From: Promethearchaeota archaeon
Lineage (GTDB): Archaea > Asgardarchaeota > Lokiarchaeia > Sigyniarchaeales > SOKP01
Direction: 5' to 3'
Length of the DNA stretch: 64,000 bases
Assembly: GCA_016840165.1 (NCBI GenBank)
Contig: JAEOSU010000072.1
Span: 96,001 to 160,000, forward strand
The notes under the pieces were generated by a model, which made no database searches, was not told where the DNA came from, and saw only the letters and a program-made list of their open reading frames with translations. Position 1 is the first letter of the stretch; every line of letters starts with the position of its first letter. Of the stretch, positions 60,781 to 64,000 are shown in pieces. A program made the translations under genes and the position numbers.

Positions 60781-60975
60781 AATAAATTTACTTTTTTATA
60801 GATAGAAATAATTCTGGATACTAACAAAAATAAATTTCTACAATTAAAAATATAAAATAAACCCAAATAAATTTATTTCTTTTGAGATATTTAATATCAG
60901 ATGTTTATTATGATGATTTTAAATGTATTTTGTTTATATAATTTTAGAATATAATCAAACCAAACTTTAATGATT

Positions 60976-61836
60976 TTATCCTTCTAAAAATTCAATAATT
61001 TTTGTAGATATTAGTTGTGGTTCTTCATGCATGACCCAATGAGAGGAATTAGGGATTTTTTGTATTATTAAATCTTTAACATACTTTTCTAAACCTTCAA
61101 GAATTACCGGCAATAGCGCAGTATCTTTCATCCCATGAAATACTAAAGTCGGAACCTTAATGATGCCAGCAAAATCATCAAAACTGGGATTAGCCTTGTA
61201 ATAATTAACTCCACTAATAATAGCATTCGGCTGAGACCATGCATTTATATATTGTTCTTTATCAAATTCATCAAGAGCCCCTTTGTTCACAAGGCTACCA
61301 AAGAGGGCAATTTTTAACCATTTAAAATCATCTTCAAAAAGAAATTGTTCGCCACCAGGTTTAAGAAATTGAAAGATATAGAAGCTAGCCTTTTGTTGAG
61401 CTTTATTAGTTCGAAGTAATATTCCAAATATTTTGGGATGAGGCGAATTTAATATAATTAGTTTTTGAATAAGTTCTGGATACTTTTCAGCAAATATCCA
61501 CGCTACTATTCCTCCCCAGTCGTGACCTGCGATAAATGGTTTCTCTAAGTCCAAGGCTTCTATTAATCCTTTAATATCATCGATCAAATATTTTATCCTG
61601 TATTTTTGAGTCCCTTTAGGTTTATCTGATAAATTATATCCTCTCATATCAGGAATGATAAGTTTAAATTTTTCTTTCAACTCTGGAATTACACTCTTCC
61701 AACCATACCAAAAATCGGGAAATCCATGGAGAAGAATTAGTGGTCTTCCCTTCCCTATTATGATTGTATGTAGTGTTATATTATTAGTTTTAATATACTT
61801 TTCTTGAATATCATTCAATATCTCCATAATCTTCAT
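60976..61836 (-). CDS. Alpha/beta hydrolase (epoxide hydrolase-like)
   Basis: HGFPD, DMRGY, GHDWGG (Asp nucleophile), NYY, SHWV. Confidence 0.9.
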   Translation of the reverse strand: MKIMEILNDIQEKYIKTNNITLHTIIIGKGRPLILLHGFPDFWYGWKSVIPELKEKFKLIIPDMRGYNLSDKPKGTQKYRIKYLIDDIKGLIEALDLEKPFIAGHDWGGIVAWIFAEKYPELIQKLIILNSPHPKIFGILLRTNKAQQKASFYIFQFLKPGGEQFLFEDDFKWLKIALFGSLVNKGALDEFDKEQYINAWSQPNAIISGVNYYKANPSFDDFAGIIKVPTLVFHGMKDTALLPVILEGLEKYVKDLIIQKIPNSSHWVMHEEPQLISTKIIEFLEG

Positions 61837-62153
61837 TCTCTTTCATTAATTTTAAATCATTTGACTATATTTAAAAAAAAAAAAAAGATTAGTCTCCTCT
61901 TAACTTAAAAGAATTAATTTCATCTATTATTCATAATCCGAGAATATTATTTAATTAAAAAAGGAAATATTTGGCTCATCTCGAGAAGATTCTATTTCAT
62001 GATTAGATATTTTATTCACCTAAATGTAAAAACTTATTTTTTAAGTATTTCTTAAGAAATTTTAATATATAAATAAGATAGATTAATAGAAAAAGGATAG
62101 AACATAATATAAAATTAAATAGAATAAGCTAATTGAAAAAAAGTCTTTTTAAA

Positions 62154-62363
62154 TTATTCAAAATATTCATTAAATGATTCTTCAAAATCATCCATACTAT
62201 TACTATTAATTTCAGCGAATTTATAACGTCCTCGAGGAACTTTTTCTTTCCTTTTTACAAAACGTCTTAAAGCGCTCTCAAAGTCACTTGCGCTCATACT
62301 TTTTTCCTCAGCGAACTTTATCTCGCCAAAATATTTCAAATACTCAGGATCGGTTTCACTCAT
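62154..62363 (-). CDS. Small hypothetical protein (69 aa)
   Basis: Strong AGGTGAT SD 6 nt before ATG; stand-alone position. Confidence 0.65.
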   Translation of the reverse strand: MSETDPEYLKYFGEIKFAEEKSMSASDFESALRRFVKRKEKVPRGRYKFAEINSNSMDDFEESFNEYFE

Positions 62364-62730
62364 TCGTATATCACCTTCGTTCGTTTACAATTTTTTTGTT
62401 CAAATGTTTATTTAATTTATTAGATCACTAAATGGATAGTCGAGTATATAAATCTTTTCATACCATAAAACGTATCAAAAAAGGGTTAAGAAATGGGAAT
62501 CTAAGCCCATATTCAAGGCGTTTAATCAATGCTCTATCTTATATTTTCAAGAGTATACATAGCATTATCGAAAAAGTATAAAAATAGTTCTTTTCATACA
62601 AAATAATATACCAAAGTAAAAAGTAGTAAAAAAAATCTTAAAAGTTAATATTAAATAGTAAGCTAAAAAATAATTACAAAAAGGTTAATAAATTATATTT
62701 TTGATATGAGAGGGTAAGGAGGACATTAAA

Positions 62731-63666
62731 ATGGCTAGAAAAGTTGATAATACAACCTATTTAAATTATTTATTACAATCACTCAATGTTCCCGATTTAA
62801 AACAGATCTGTAAAGACTTTGATATAAAGGGGTATTCAAGATTAAAAAAATTAGAATTAATTGATTTCATTATTGATTCTCTTGCAGAAGAGGAGATTTT
62901 AGCCCTTATCAATGACAAAGAGCTGGAAATAATTAAAGACTCAATTGACCTTGCAATCAAAAAGATTAATGGAGAAGACAGAGAAACTATAGGCTCTATA
63001 AAAATTGTCAATGAAAAAGACCATGAAGTTGAAATTTTGTTTAAAGGATTTAACTGGGAGAATACCATTCTCTTATCAATAAATCCTAAGAATATTGACA
63101 ATCCTTTAAGAGATTGTGATTGTAGAATCGGAGCGAATATGGGTTTTTGCAGTCATTTCTGGACAGCATTTATTTTTTCCTTGAAGCAGGGGTATTTTAA
63201 ATTATCCGACTGGAGTTTAACGAAATTGCCCGATGATTTTGAGAAGAAAATAAAGTCCATAAAAATATCTACTGCCACCACAGGAGAGAAAACTTCAGAA
63301 GTTAGCTTAATAGATGAAGATTCTCCGGTTTATAAATTGTTGCAACATGATAGAGTCACAATTTATGAAGGAAAGATAGAAGAAATTGTTGAAAAGCAAG
63401 CAGATTTTCAAGGTAATATTACTATTTACTATCTCATTACTATAAAAGATGCTAAAATCGGGCCCCAACTCAAAAAAACCAAGGATAAAAATGAAGAGGA
63501 AATATTCTCACTTGATAAAGTGTTATTAAGAGTAAGTGATAAAGCGTTCAATAAGGTAAAAGTCGAAGTTGGAAACAAAATTACATGTAATGGGGGAGTG
63601 GACCAAGATAGGATATTAGGAGTAATGTTAAAACGAGTAACTGCATTTAAAAAGCTGAAAACGTAA
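62731..63666 (+). CDS. HeH/Rho-N-like + SWIM Zn finger + putative OB-fold protein
   Basis: LNVPDLKQICKDFDIKGYSRLKKLELI; CDC...CSH; beta-rich C-terminus; AGGAGG SD. Confidence 0.7.
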   Translation: MARKVDNTTYLNYLLQSLNVPDLKQICKDFDIKGYSRLKKLELIDFIIDSLAEEEILALINDKELEIIKDSIDLAIKKINGEDRETIGSIKIVNEKDHEVEILFKGFNWENTILLSINPKNIDNPLRDCDCRIGANMGFCSHFWTAFIFSLKQGYFKLSDWSLTKLPDDFEKKIKSIKISTATTGEKTSEVSLIDEDSPVYKLLQHDRVTIYEGKIEEIVEKQADFQGNITIYYLITIKDAKIGPQLKKTKDKNEEEIFSLDKVLLRVSDKAFNKVKVEVGNKITCNGGVDQDRILGVMLKRVTAFKKLKT

Positions 63667-63781
63667 ATTAAGTAGTCTATTTTTCCTAAAAAAATAATGA
63701 TCTAAAATATAACTAATTTTATGCGATAAATCCTTAATAGGTAGTAAAGAAGTCTATCTACTTTCTTTTTGGTGATGAAGA

Positions 63782-64000
63782 ATTAGTTTTGATTATGCGA
63801 TTTTAACCGATTTCTACCAATTAACCATGGCAAATGGATATTTACTCAAAGGGATAGAAAATGGTAATGCGGTATTTGATCTTTTTTTTCGAAATGCTCC
63901 GTTTAAAGGTGTTTATGCGATTTGTTATGGCTTGAGTAAAGCAATTAAAGATATTCATCAGATGAAATTTTCCGATGATTCGATTAATTATCTCCAAGAG
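63782..64000 (+). CDS. pncB: Nicotinate phosphoribosyltransferase, 5' part (probable ATT start); runs off the window edge
   Basis: Manual translation ISFDYAILTDFYQLTMANGYLLKGIENGNAVFDLFFRNAPFKGVYAI..GL; TDxYQLTM and FDLFFR are NAPRTase hallmarks. Confidence 0.85.
   Translation, partial: MSFDYAILTDFYQLTMANGYLLKGIENGNAVFDLFFRNAPFKGVYAICYGLSKAIKDIHQMKFSDDSINYLQE

Noticed and set aside
61873-61886. A14 homopolymer as a phase-variation tract
   Set aside because: Intergenic in very AT-rich DNA; a terminator-like tract or chance is more likely
1-64000. Selenoprotein UGA read-through, tRNA/rRNA genes, CRISPR arrays, transposases
   Set aside because: TGA-terminated genes appear full length; no cloverleaf, regularly spaced repeats or transposase motifs were seen by eye (a covariance-model scan would be definitive)

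Overview
AT-rich, gene-dense archaeal chromosome segment, most consistent with an Asgard archaeon of the Lokiarchaeia type. The basis is a RagA/Gtr-like GTPase-roadblock fusion, Alba, archaeal GlyRS, H4MPT-dependent Mtd/Ftr, CdhB/CdhC and GGTGAT Shine-Dalgarno motifs. Main content: (i) C1/Wood-Ljungdahl genes (gcvT, mtd, ftr, cooT, cdhB, cdhC). (ii) A ~23 kb acyl-CoA/lipid catabolic island (24.7-47.4 kb) in which all four thiolase-fold proteins lack the nucleophilic Cys and are paired with DUF35 OB-fold proteins. It includes an Ltp4-Ltp3-DUF35-DUF35 module resembling the actinobacterial branched-sterol side-chain aldolase, plus two SCP2 proteins and a CrtI-like oxidoreductase/ferredoxin-reductase pair. 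(iii) A 2.1 kb cassette bounded by a 114-bp direct repeat that duplicates the upstream region and first 14 codons of an enoyl-CoA hydratase gene, carrying a secreted glutamic-peptidase-like protein and a partner. (iv) A 5' stub of threonine aldolase in an intergenic region. (v) Three genes whose N-terminal coding sequence lies upstream of the first ATG/GTG/TTG, suggesting AUA/AUU initiation. No tRNA, rRNA, CRISPR array or transposase was recognised. All protein calls come from motif recognition by eye; no database searches were run.
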